A DNA stretch of 30,834 bases from Eubacteriales bacterium (GTDB lineage: Bacteria; Bacillota; Clostridia; Oscillospirales; CAG-272): assembly GCA_045533995.1 (NCBI GenBank), contig JAZSIV010000033.1, positions 1-30,834 of the forward strand, read 5' to 3'. The translations under genes were made by a program, and so were the position numbers. Under the pieces are notes generated by a model that was given only the letters and a program-made list of their open reading frames with translations, had not been told where the DNA came from and ran no database searches. Position 1 is the first letter of the stretch. Each line of letters starts with the position of its first letter. Of the stretch, positions 1 through 8,902 are shown one piece after another.

Positions 1-56
1 CAAGTAGAAATCAAACTTCCTTAGGAGAACCTGCCGTTCGTAGGTCGCCTGATTTT

Positions 57-1217
57 TTATATAATTCTTACCTTGACAACTCCCGCGATGCCTGCTATCT
101 TCTCGGTTGCAGTCTCCGAAAGAGCTCCTGTTACGTCAACGAGTGTGTAAGCATTGTCACCCTTGGATTTGTTTATCATATTCTCGATGTTCGCACCCGA
201 CTCTGAAAGGATCGCCGTGATCTGCGAAAGAACTGTGGGAATATTTGCGTGAAGAACACAGATTCTCTTGTCACCGCTTACGGGCATTGAAACGTTCGGG
301 AAGTTTACGCTGTTCTTGATGTTACCGTAACGGAGGTAATCGTCAAGCTGTACTGCCGCCATAACTGCGCAGTTGTCCTCTGCCTCGGCTGTAGATGCGC
401 CAAGGTGAGGAATAGCAACGACTCCGGGTACTCCGAGAACGTCCTCGGTCGGGAAGTCGGTAACGTAAGAAGCTACCTTGCCGCTCTCAAGTGCAGCCTT
501 CATATCAGCAGCATTTACAAGATCTGCGCGCGCGAGATTGATGATTCTTACTCCGTCCTTCATTGTAGCAAGAGTTGCTGCATTTATCATTCCCTTTGTA
601 TCGGGAGTGGACGGAACGTGGAGAGTTACGTAATCAGCTTCCTTGAATACTTCGTCGAAGGTAGGAGCCTTTACTACGTGGTGGTTGATGTTCCAAGCAG
701 CGTCAACGCTGAGGAAGGGGTCGCATCCGATAACCTTCATTCCAAGGTGTACGGCAACGTTAGCAACGAGACCGCCGATAGCTCCAAGTCCGATAACTCC
801 GAGCTTCTTGCCCATTACTTCAACGCCAGCAAACTTGGATTTGCCCTTTTCAACTGCCTTTGCAACGCCCTCTGTTCCCTCGAGGGTCTTTGCCCATTCA
901 ATACCGCCGACAACGTCTCTCGAAGCGAGCATAAGTGCGCATACAGCAAGCTCTTTTACTCCGTTTGCGTTTGCACCGGGGGTGTTGAATACAACGATTC
1001 CCTCTTTGGAGCAACGGTCTATCGGAATATTATTTACACCGGCACCCGCACGTGCGATAGCCTGAAGCTTATCACCAAACTCCATTTCATGCATTGCAGC
1101 AGAACGAACCATTATTGCATCGGGATTTTCGATTTCTGTCCCTACGTTGTAGATCGCCTTATCAAGCTTATCTGTTCCGACAGCCGCGATCTTATTAAGA
1201 CACTGTATATTTTTCAT
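57..1217 (-). CDS. serA: D-3-phosphoglycerate dehydrogenase with C-terminal ACT domain
   Basis: 386 aa. Contains ARAGAGVNNI, Rossmann motif GVIGLGAIG, TLHVP, INLAR and PHLGAST, plus an ACT-like C-terminus. Lies downstream of serC on the same strand. Confidence 0.95.
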   Translation of the reverse strand: MKNIQCLNKIAAVGTDKLDKAIYNVGTEIENPDAIMVRSAAMHEMEFGDKLQAIARAGAGVNNIPIDRCSKEGIVVFNTPGANANGVKELAVCALMLASRDVVGGIEWAKTLEGTEGVAKAVEKGKSKFAGVEVMGKKLGVIGLGAIGGLVANVAVHLGMKVIGCDPFLSVDAAWNINHHVVKAPTFDEVFKEADYVTLHVPSTPDTKGMINAATLATMKDGVRIINLARADLVNAADMKAALESGKVASYVTDFPTEDVLGVPGVVAIPHLGASTAEAEDNCAVMAAVQLDDYLRYGNIKNSVNFPNVSMPVSGDKRICVLHANIPTVLSQITAILSESGANIENMINKSKGDNAYTLVDVTGALSETATEKIAGIAGVVKVRII

Positions 1218-1241
1218 AATGTGACTTTCCTTTCAATATGC

Positions 1242-2333
1242 TCAGCCCTTAGGATTTGCCTTTGCGAACTCCTTCATGAATTCAACGAGCTTCTCAACTC
1301 CCTCATAAGGCATTGCGTTGTAAATAGAAGCTCTCATACCGCCTACCGAACGGTGACCCTTAAGGTTCTTAAGTCCAGCCTTGCCTGCTTCTGATGCAAA
1401 CTTCTTATCAAGATCTGCATCTCCTGTTACAAACGTAACGTTCATCATAGAGCGGCTGTCAGTCTTAACGGGAGCTATGTAGTAATCCTGGTTATCAAGA
1501 TAATCGTAAAGAAGAGCCGCCTTCTTCTCGTTTCTCTTCTTCATCTCCTCAAGTCCACCAATGGAAAGGATCCACTCGTAAACGAGCTTTGCCATATAGA
1601 TGGTGTAGCAAGGAGGAGTGTTATACATTGAGCCGTTTTCAGCCATTGTCTTCCACTCAAGCATTGTGGGCATCTTCTCTTCTGCGTAGTCAAGAAGATC
1701 CTCACGGACTATAACGAGAGTAAGTCCCGCAGGAGCCATGTTCTTCTGTGCGCCCGCATAGATAACGCCGAACTTCGATACGTCAACAGGCTCGGAAATG
1801 ATGCAGGACGACATATCAGCAACAAGCGGAATATCTCCGGTATCGGGAATATAGCTGTACTTTGTTCCATAAATAGTGTTGTTGAAGCAAACGTGCAAAT
1901 ATGCAGCGTCGGGACGGATCATATCCTTTGTAACAACGGGAACGTGATTGAAGTTATCTTCCTTTGTGGTGGCAACGCACTTAACGTCGTAACCAAGCTT
2001 CTGCGCTTCCTTGAAAGCTTTACCCGAGAACTGACCGGATACTATATAGTCTGCCTTTCCCGTTCTCTTGATAAGATTCATGGGAACTGCCGCAAACTGT
2101 GTAGAAGCACCGCCCTGAAGGAAAAGTACCTTGTAATTGTCGGGTATATTCATAAGTGTGCGAAGCATAGCCTCTGCATCCTTAATTATAGCCTCATAGT
2201 CCGGAGATCGATGGGACATCTCCATAACCGACATTCCGGATTCTCCATAGCAAACAAGCTCTGATGCAGCCTTTTGAAGAACCTCCAAGGGGAGCATGGA
2301 AGGACCCGCAGAAAAATTGTAAACTCTGTTCAT
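1242..2333 (-). CDS. serC: Phosphoserine aminotransferase
   Basis: 363 aa. Contains YNFSAGPSMLP, MEMSHRS, FLQGGASTQF, the PLP lysine motif AGAQKN, NTPP and GHRSVGGMRASIYNA. Confidence 0.97.
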   Translation of the reverse strand: MNRVYNFSAGPSMLPLEVLQKAASELVCYGESGMSVMEMSHRSPDYEAIIKDAEAMLRTLMNIPDNYKVLFLQGGASTQFAAVPMNLIKRTGKADYIVSGQFSGKAFKEAQKLGYDVKCVATTKEDNFNHVPVVTKDMIRPDAAYLHVCFNNTIYGTKYSYIPDTGDIPLVADMSSCIISEPVDVSKFGVIYAGAQKNMAPAGLTLVIVREDLLDYAEEKMPTMLEWKTMAENGSMYNTPPCYTIYMAKLVYEWILSIGGLEEMKKRNEKKAALLYDYLDNQDYYIAPVKTDSRSMMNVTFVTGDADLDKKFASEAGKAGLKNLKGHRSVGGMRASIYNAMPYEGVEKLVEFMKEFAKANPKG

Positions 2334-2393
2334 AAAAAACCTCCGTTAATAAAACCTCGCCTTTTGGCGAAAAAATAAAAAATATTAATCTAT

Positions 2394-2422
2394 ATTATAT
2401 ATTCTTTTTCTCTTCAAGTCAA
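2394..2422 (-). promoter_or_regulatory. sigma-A promoter of serC-serA
   Basis: Minus strand TTGACT (2422-2417), 17 bp spacer, TATAAT (2399-2394). Confidence 0.8.
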
Positions 2423-2518
2423 GGGGTTTGTGATAAATTTGACAAACTCACCTTAAAATTTTCCAAGAAACTTTCTTTTTGCTTTTTTGAAGCTAAAGCA
2501 TCGGCTTTTTTTGGAATT

Positions 2519-3142
2519 TTATTCTTTGACAAGAATCATTTCCTTTGCATAAGGAAGACTTTCTATCCACTCGCAAACGGTATGCCATTCAGCAAGCTTG
2601 TGCGTTCTGCGGGCATAGTATATATTTATGAGATTTTCATAGTTAAGCGTTACCGTTCTCATCTGATTATAGCTTGACGGCAGCATCTGTATCATATTAT
2701 GCCAGCTCTGTCTGTCATTCTTATCTGCGCAGAACTTCTGTCTTTCAGATTCAAGATATTCTATAGTTGCATCGAGCATGCGAAGTCCGCCCTCGTCAAG
2801 TCTGTCGTGCGAGAAATCGTCTCTCTCGAATGCCTTTGAGTGTATCTTATGCATAGTGGAGCACGAGTTTGCAACAGTTCCGACCTTATAGGTGTCAAAT
2901 TCCTTCCACCAATAAAGAGGAGCGGTAATATCAACGCTGACAAATATCTGTCTTATAAATTTGCGGTGATCACTTCCCGCGTGGCAAAGCCGCGATGCAA
3001 AATCAAGATCGACCTCGCCCATTACAAATTTACCGTTCTCATCGTAATAACTGTCGCTTTTAGCCCAACTGTTCATCGGATTTCTTGCTCCGCGTATTGC
3101 ATTGTCGATATTCATAACTGACGCGCGTTCGATCTTAAGCAT
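2519..3142 (-). CDS. Divergent ThyX (flavin-dependent thymidylate synthase)-fold protein
   Basis: 207 aa. RKFIRQIFVSVDITAPLYWWKEFDTYKVGTVANSCSTMH and TLNYENLINIYYARRTHKLAEW align by eye with the ThyX core and C-terminal motif. The canonical RHRx7SxR motif is altered. Confidence 0.6.
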   Translation of the reverse strand: MLKIERASVMNIDNAIRGARNPMNSWAKSDSYYDENGKFVMGEVDLDFASRLCHAGSDHRKFIRQIFVSVDITAPLYWWKEFDTYKVGTVANSCSTMHKIHSKAFERDDFSHDRLDEGGLRMLDATIEYLESERQKFCADKNDRQSWHNMIQMLPSSYNQMRTVTLNYENLINIYYARRTHKLAEWHTVCEWIESLPYAKEMILVKE

Positions 3143-3160
3143 TTTCTTCTCTCCTTAAAA

Positions 3161-3466
3161 TTATATTTCACTGTCAAGAACCACACGGCTCTCAATAACA
3201 CTTCTGATAAACTGTGATACCTTGACGTGCTCGGGATGCACGGCATAGGTATTAAGGTCGCTCATACTTTCAAACTCGGTATCAAGCATGAAATCCATAG
3301 ACATTTCGGTGTGAGAAACGTCCACATATACATTCATTTTTTTGATCTGTGAAATAACGGAAGGAAGTGAGAGAAGTAACTCTTTTGCCTTTTTTATGTT
3401 TTCTTCTTTTCCCTCTTCCTTGAATTTCCACATTACAACGTGCTTTATCATTTTTATATTCTCCAT
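3161..3466 (-). CDS. Dabb family (stress-responsive A/B barrel) protein
   Basis: 101 aa. MIKHVVMWKFK and YAVHPEHVKV are typical of the family. Confidence 0.85.
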   Translation of the reverse strand: MENIKMIKHVVMWKFKEEGKEENIKKAKELLLSLPSVISQIKKMNVYVDVSHTEMSMDFMLDTEFESMSDLNTYAVHPEHVKVSQFIRSVIESRVVLDSEI

Positions 3467-3487
3467 ATCAAATATTACTTACTTTTT

Positions 3488-3516
3488 ATAATAACATAAT
3501 AAAGAAGAAAAGTCAA
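3488..3516 (-). promoter_or_regulatory. sigma-A promoter for the Dabb / ThyX-like genes
   Basis: Minus strand TTGACT (3516-3511), 17 bp spacer, TGn-TATTAT (3493-3488). Confidence 0.65.
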
Positions 3517-3545
3517 TTGACAATTTTATAAATATGTGGTATGAT
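3517..3545 (+). promoter_or_regulatory. sigma-A promoter of trpS
   Basis: TTGACA (3517-3522), 17 bp spacer, TGn-TATGAT (3540-3545). Confidence 0.8.
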
Positions 3546-3589
3546 ATTTGTTAATGATACGATCTTTACCTTTTATCTGGAGGTTTTTT

Positions 3590-4594
3590 ATGTTAAAGGA
3601 TAAACTTGTTTCCTACTCGGGTGTTCAGCCGAGCGGAAATCTTACCATTGGAAATTATCTCGGGGCAATAAAGAACTTTTCTTCATTCTCCGAAAAATAT
3701 ACCTGCTTCTACTGCGTTGTTGACGAGCATGCCATAACGGTTCGTCAGGTCCCCGCCGACCTAAGACGTCGCACCTACGAAACTCTCGCGCTTTATATCG
3801 CGTGCGGACTCGACCCCGAAAAGAATACTCTTTACGTTCAGTCTCACGTTCACGAGCACGCAGAGCTTGCTTGGATACTCAACTGCTTTACGGGCTTTGG
3901 CGAGCTCTCACGTATGACGCAGTTTAAGGATAAGAGCGCAAAGCACGCTGACAATATCAATGCAGGTCTCTTTACTTATCCTACCCTTATGGCGTCCGAC
4001 ATACTTCTCTATCAGACAGACGTTGTTCCGATAGGAGCTGACCAGAAGCAGCACGTTGAGCTCACAAGAAATATCGCTGAAAGATTTAATCAGATATATC
4101 CCGGCACATTCACTATTCCCGAGCCGATAATTCCTACCTCGGGCAAGAAGATAATGTCTCTTGCAGAGCCAACAAAGAAGATGTCGAAATCGGACGAAAA
4201 CGCAAACTCGGTTGTTTACATTCTCGATGATAAGGACACGATAATTCGTAAATTCAAGCGCGCGGTTACCGACTCCGACACCTGTGTAAGATTCGCAGAC
4301 GGCAAGGACGGTATCAACAACCTTATGACTATATACTCCTGCTTCACAGGTAAGGATATGGATGAGATAGAGCGTGAATTCGATGGCAAGGGATACGGTG
4401 ACTTCAAGCTTGCAGTTGGTGAGGCTTGCGCCGATGCGCTCGCTCCCGTACAGCAAAAGTTCAAGGAGCTACTCGCTGACAAGGCTTATCTTGAGACGGT
4501 TATGAAAAACGGTGCTGAATGTGCTTCCTACTTCGCTCGCCGAACACTTTCAAAGGTGCAGAAAAAGCTCGGCTTTGTTCAGATAGGAAGATAA
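3590..4594 (+). CDS. trpS: Tryptophanyl-tRNA synthetase
   Basis: Contains SGVQPSG, the HIGH-like motif TIGNYLG, VPIGADQKQH and KMSKS. Start moved to ATG 3590, which follows GGAGG at 3579-3583. Confidence 0.97.
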   Translation: MLKDKLVSYSGVQPSGNLTIGNYLGAIKNFSSFSEKYTCFYCVVDEHAITVRQVPADLRRRTYETLALYIACGLDPEKNTLYVQSHVHEHAELAWILNCFTGFGELSRMTQFKDKSAKHADNINAGLFTYPTLMASDILLYQTDVVPIGADQKQHVELTRNIAERFNQIYPGTFTIPEPIIPTSGKKIMSLAEPTKKMSKSDENANSVVYILDDKDTIIRKFKRAVTDSDTCVRFADGKDGINNLMTIYSCFTGKDMDEIEREFDGKGYGDFKLAVGEACADALAPVQQKFKELLADKAYLETVMKNGAECASYFARRTLSKVQKKLGFVQIGR

Positions 4595-4626
4595 CTTACT
4601 TTTTCTTTTGGAAAAGAAAAAGTAAG
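4595..4626. repeat. Perfect 15-bp AT-rich inverted repeat
   Basis: CTTACTTTTTCTTTT-GG-AAAAGAAAAAGTAAG, directly after the trpS stop codon. Confidence 0.85.
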
Positions 4627-4658
4627 CAAAAAGAAAACTAATTCGACGACGAATACTC

Positions 4659-4690
4659 AAAAGGGATGTTCACCGCATCCCTTTTATTTT
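4659..4690 (+). terminator. Rho-independent terminator after trpS
   Basis: AAAAGGGATG-ttcaccg-CATCCCTTTT followed by ATTTT. Confidence 0.75.
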
Positions 4691-4783
4691 TGCAAATATC
4701 AAACAATTTCTATAAAAAAACAAGATATCCTTTCTTTTTCGTTGTTATATTCTCCGAAAAGTTCGTCTAATTCTTAACAAAGA

Positions 4784-4812
4784 TTGAAGAGAAAAAACTG
4801 TTATGCTATAAT
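4784..4812 (+). promoter_or_regulatory. sigma-A promoter of the PTS IIC-like gene
   Basis: TTGAAG (4784-4789), 17 bp spacer, TGn-TATAAT (4807-4812). Confidence 0.75.
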
Positions 4813-4840
4813 GTACCCATTAAATTTGAGGAGGTGTTTT

Positions 4841-5911
4841 ATGGAAACACTTAAAAAAATTCTTAAAAGATATTTTATCGACGCAATGGGTGCGATGGCA
4901 CAGGGTCTGTTTGCTTCCCTTCTGATCGGTACTATCTTCAAGGCGCTTGGCATGATACCTTATCTTGGTATCCTTGCCGATATAGGCGGATTCGCGCAGG
5001 CAATGGCAGGACCGGCTATGGCAGCGGCTATTGCATTTTCACTTAAAGGTCACGCGCTTGTCGTATTTTCTGCAGCGGCTGTTGGATATGCGGCAAACTC
5101 TCTTGGCGGTGCGGGCGGTCCTCTTGCAGTTTTCTTCATTGCCATTATCGCAAGCGAAGTTGGAATGCTCGTATCCAAGAAAACAAAGGTAGATATTCTC
5201 GTAACACCCTTTGTGACTATCCTTGTCGGCGGACTTCTTTCGATCTTCGTTGCTCCCTTTATCGGAACACTTGCAGGCTACATAAGCAACTTTATCGGCT
5301 GGGCTTCGCTTCAGGCACCTCTAATTGCGGGAATAATCATCTCGGCCGTTATCGGTGTCTGCCTTACTCTCCCCATTTCAAGCGCGGCTATCTGCGCAGG
5401 ACTTCTCCTTACAGGTAGCGTTGCAGTACACGGCGCACCTAACGAAGGACTTGCTATTGCCGGGGCTGCCGCGGTTGCCGGCTGCTGTGCACAGATGGTC
5501 GGCTTTGCCGTTATCAGCTTCAGAGAAAACAAGTGGGGCGGACTTGTATCTCAGGGCATAGGAACAAGTATGCTTCAGATGCCCAACATCATTCGCCATC
5601 CGCAGATATGGATAGCACCCACGCTTGCTTCCGCTATCACAGGACCTCTCGCAGTATGCGTCTTTGATCTTCGTATGTACGGCGCGGCGATCAACTCGGG
5701 AATGGGAACCTGCGGTCTGCTCGGACCTATCGGAATGATACTCGGTTGGCTCTCTCCCGAAAACGGATATGCAGCGGACGTAACAGCTCTCGACTGGATA
5801 GGACTTGCGCTTATCTGCTTTATACTTCCCGCAATTCTTTCCTTTATCTTCAACGAGATACTTCGCAAGATAGGTCTTGTTAAAGACGGCGATATGAAGC
5901 TTGAGGTTTAA
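4841..5911 (+). CDS. Stand-alone PTS EIIC-like membrane protein (PTS_EIIC_2 type)
   Basis: About 356 aa, polytopic. Contains AMAQGLFASLLIG, TLPISSAA, GIGTSMLQMPNI and SGMGTCGL. RBS GAGGAGG precedes ATG 4841. Confidence 0.85.
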   Translation: METLKKILKRYFIDAMGAMAQGLFASLLIGTIFKALGMIPYLGILADIGGFAQAMAGPAMAAAIAFSLKGHALVVFSAAAVGYAANSLGGAGGPLAVFFIAIIASEVGMLVSKKTKVDILVTPFVTILVGGLLSIFVAPFIGTLAGYISNFIGWASLQAPLIAGIIISAVIGVCLTLPISSAAICAGLLLTGSVAVHGAPNEGLAIAGAAAVAGCCAQMVGFAVISFRENKWGGLVSQGIGTSMLQMPNIIRHPQIWIAPTLASAITGPLAVCVFDLRMYGAAINSGMGTCGLLGPIGMILGWLSPENGYAADVTALDWIGLALICFILPAILSFIFNEILRKIGLVKDGDMKLEV

Positions 5912-5922
5912 TATAATAATTA

Positions 5923-5972
5923 GAAAACCACCCCAATCGCACATAAAATGCGATTGGGATGGTTTTCTTTTT
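5923..5972. terminator. Likely bidirectional terminator between convergent genes
   Basis: GAAAACCAcCCCAATCGCA-cataaaa-TGCGATTGGGaTGGTTTTC, followed by TTTTT. Confidence 0.8.
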
Positions 5973-5980
5973 CCCTAAAA

Positions 5981-8149
5981 TTATTCAGCTATTCGTCCTA
6001 TCTCACCAAATGGTATTTTCTTAAATCCTAACTTATATGCTTCGGAATCCTCCGAAAGAGTGCAGTCCCCTTTCTCATAGTTCGGAAGCTGCTTGCAATA
6101 AAGATCAACAAACGTAAAATTATTTTCAACCACGCTCATATCAACGACTGATTGACTGATTCTGTCGCACGTATTATTTTCATTATTTACAATATAGTAC
6201 ACATTCATGCGGATAATATTATTTGCTGGGTTACAGCACAGCATAGGGTCATCAACGTCCCCCTTATAATCGGGAGTGTACGGAATAATATCTCCATATC
6301 CAGAAAAAGCATCAAGCCATTCCTTACTCTCTTGCATCTTGATAAGCTGCTTCGGCATCGATACCGTATACTCGTAAAACCACGACTCCTTGCCGCTTAT
6401 CATACCGTCACGAGCACGGTCATCATAATCTATGGTAGCTTTCTTTGTATTTATTAAAAGATTATTCTCAATGATATTATCACGTCCGCCGCCTACCTGT
6501 ATTCCATAACCTGTAACGTTTGCTATGACGTTGCCGTAAACAGTCTGCCCCGATAGCGCGTCATCCAGATAAATTCCCTGCGCATAAGCAGAACCGCTGC
6601 CAACGTCGTGTATGTAATTATAACGAATAATTCCACCGTACCAATTATAAGCACGTCCTGCATATATCGCACCGCAGTCACTCGTTTCAAGGCAAACATT
6701 ATATATCTCGTTATATTCAATAGTATGCTTAGGGCCAACCCACGTTATAGCTTGGTGAGGAGCATCGTGAATCTCATTATGAGACACCGTAGTACCGCAT
6801 CCGCCACTGATCCACACCGCGCTCTTATAGGTTCGACTAACCTGTGCCCAATGATGTATGTAATTGTTATATACCAAGTTATTCGAGGAAGTAAGAGTTG
6901 TAGCATCGCCACCGCTCACTACAACAGCCGACCCACCCACCTGACATATCTCGTTGTTCTCAATGGAAATATCCCTTCCGCTTATATTTATAGCATCATA
7001 TCCGAGGCTCTGGATCTTGCAGTTTTTCACTATAATATGATCACCCGAAAGAACAAATCCGCTCATTCTCGAGCCTGTCACCTCAAAGCCATCAAAGACA
7101 ACATAGGATAAATTTTCCCCGCTGATAATATTGTCATCAAGTAACGATAATGTTATAGAGCTATTCGTGAAATCCACGGTAGGATAAAGATAGAGAACGA
7201 GATTCTCCCGATCTATATAATATTCTCCCGGAGCATCGGTTTCCGCAAAAACGTTAAAAAAGTAGAAGGGTCTTGCAGAATCTATACCGTAGTTCATCTT
7301 AGGATCTTCAAACGATACAACAAGATTTTTAAGGTCAACGTTTTTTACCTCAATCGCCCCATCTGCCCACAAATGCTTAAAATAACCAAAAACCCAAAGC
7401 TCATCCAAATTCCACTTAAGTCCGCGCTCTTTTATTGCCTCACCGTCACCCTTGATTCTGAAGGTGTCAAAGCCATTACTTGCACCTGTGTACAGATTTG
7501 GGTCACTGTCCGTTATGTTGGGGTAACGTGAAATTGTCATTCTTTCCCCGTCAACAAAGAGCTCGGAATAACCAAGAGACGTCTCGTCTCTCTTTACGGC
7601 AAAACCGTATCTGTGCAGTTCACCGATATCCTCGGCAATCAGCCCATATTTTGTAAGATCCACCTTAAGGACTGCTTCCTTTGCCGCCTCGTCATTAAGA
7701 AGTTCCTTTTCATCATCACTTAGTGGCTCAAAATCTCTTGCAGAAAGGCTAACTCCACCTGTAAGCACGGCTCCTCCCTTCTCTGCCGACAGATATCTTA
7801 TGGTAGAATACTCTGTGCCCGAATCCTCGGAGGTAAATTTGATACCATTGGTAACGTTATACTTACCCGACGCGACAAGAACAGTAACACCGCCATTTGG
7901 CAAGCCCTCATCGCTTTTCATCTTGCGGATTCTTTCCTGCGCCTCGGATATATTCTGAAAGGGAGCTTCCTTGCTTCCATCACCATTCTTGAAAGCAGAA
8001 TCTACGTAAATAACGGTGCCCTCTACCTCGGGCCACTTATCAGAAGCTATATCGTCGGCACAATCTCCCCCGCACGAGCAGGATGCAAGTATGCCGGCAC
8101 ATAAAAAGCAAACCAATAATATCGCTAACGGTCTTTTAAGCTCTTTCAT
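5981..8149 (-). CDS. Lipoprotein with right-handed parallel beta-helix repeats (putative carbohydrate-active enzyme)
   Basis: 722 aa. Signal peptide with lipobox LAS-C24. Repeated IxxNxIxx rungs (IENNEICQV, VYNNYIHH, IEYNEIYNV, IRYNYIHDV), DCGAIYAG and GIYLDD. Confidence 0.8.
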   Translation of the reverse strand: MKELKRPLAILLVCFLCAGILASCSCGGDCADDIASDKWPEVEGTVIYVDSAFKNGDGSKEAPFQNISEAQERIRKMKSDEGLPNGGVTVLVASGKYNVTNGIKFTSEDSGTEYSTIRYLSAEKGGAVLTGGVSLSARDFEPLSDDEKELLNDEAAKEAVLKVDLTKYGLIAEDIGELHRYGFAVKRDETSLGYSELFVDGERMTISRYPNITDSDPNLYTGASNGFDTFRIKGDGEAIKERGLKWNLDELWVFGYFKHLWADGAIEVKNVDLKNLVVSFEDPKMNYGIDSARPFYFFNVFAETDAPGEYYIDRENLVLYLYPTVDFTNSSITLSLLDDNIISGENLSYVVFDGFEVTGSRMSGFVLSGDHIIVKNCKIQSLGYDAINISGRDISIENNEICQVGGSAVVVSGGDATTLTSSNNLVYNNYIHHWAQVSRTYKSAVWISGGCGTTVSHNEIHDAPHQAITWVGPKHTIEYNEIYNVCLETSDCGAIYAGRAYNWYGGIIRYNYIHDVGSGSAYAQGIYLDDALSGQTVYGNVIANVTGYGIQVGGGRDNIIENNLLINTKKATIDYDDRARDGMISGKESWFYEYTVSMPKQLIKMQESKEWLDAFSGYGDIIPYTPDYKGDVDDPMLCCNPANNIIRMNVYYIVNNENNTCDRISQSVVDMSVVENNFTFVDLYCKQLPNYEKGDCTLSEDSEAYKLGFKKIPFGEIGRIAE

Positions 8150-8199
8150 ATTTAAGCTCCCCCCTTTTAGATTTATACGAAATTATAAAGTGGTGACTT

Positions 8200-8901
8200 T
8201 TATCTTGCACCGTATGGGAAAATTATATTCCCCCAAATGTCAAAGAGGTAATCCTTTGATTTAATGAGCTCTGCAACGTCATAGGAATCGCGCAGAAGAT
8301 TCTTCGAGCGCACAAGACACATAGCTTCATGCCCCTCGTGATGATAGTCGCTTGCACCCGTGACGAGCAGGTCGTTTTCCTTTGCGTATTTTGCAGTGAT
8401 ACCCACGGGTCTGTTATGCCTTGGGTGAAGATTGAAGCTTTCCACACCGTCGATGCAGTCGAGAGGTGCGCGCTCCAAGCCCTTGTGGAATGGATGTGCC
8501 TGAATTATGAGATTTTTTTCATTTTTGAAATCTTTGTAAAATTCCCTAAGCCCTCTCGGAATGTAGCTTGCCATCTTCTCGATATCATCAGGACAGATGC
8601 CGTAAACGAGATAATCGTTCTTGTTCTCCTCAAAGCGGATCTCAGCTCCAAGTATCACTTTCACACCAAGCTTTTTTCCCGCATCCAGTGCTAAAAAATA
8701 ATCGTCAAGATAGCTTTTTACCTCATCATACGCAATTGTTTCAGGGGTAAGATGATTAGTAATAACGATAGAATCAGCGCCGGCCGCGGCATACGTCTTT
8801 ATTACCTCGTCCGGTTTGAAATCGGCACATCTGCTTACAGGAGACGTATGAGCGTGAAGCTCTGTTTTGTATTTGTACTTGCTTATAACTTCCTTAATCA
8901 T
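8200..8901 (-). CDS. PHP-domain metal-dependent phosphoesterase
   Basis: Contains ELHAHT, ITNH, QAHPF and ASDYHH. The likely start ATG 8901 directly follows the PPTase stop codon. Confidence 0.85.
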   Translation of the reverse strand: MIKEVISKYKYKTELHAHTSPVSRCADFKPDEVIKTYAAAGADSIVITNHLTPETIAYDEVKSYLDDYFLALDAGKKLGVKVILGAEIRFEENKNDYLVYGICPDDIEKMASYIPRGLREFYKDFKNEKNLIIQAHPFHKGLERAPLDCIDGVESFNLHPRHNRPVGITAKYAKENDLLVTGASDYHHEGHEAMCLVRSKNLLRDSYDVAELIKSKDYLFDIWGNIIFPYGAR

Positions 8902-8902
8902 T

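Noticed and set aside
405-1394. 329-aa + strand ORF
   Set aside because: Antisense shadow of serA/serC with no recognisable motifs.
2357-2370. Hairpin TCGCC-tttt-GGCGA in the serC leader as a riboswitch or attenuator
   Set aside because: A 5-bp stem only, with no aptamer-sized structure in a leader of about 55 nt.
3546-3589. T-box riboswitch before trpS
   Set aside because: The leader is about 40 nt with no T-box motif or terminator.
5981-8149. Beta-helix protein as the missing tailspike of the phage module
   Set aside because: It has a lipoprotein signal, lies on the opposite strand and is separated from the module by two host genes.
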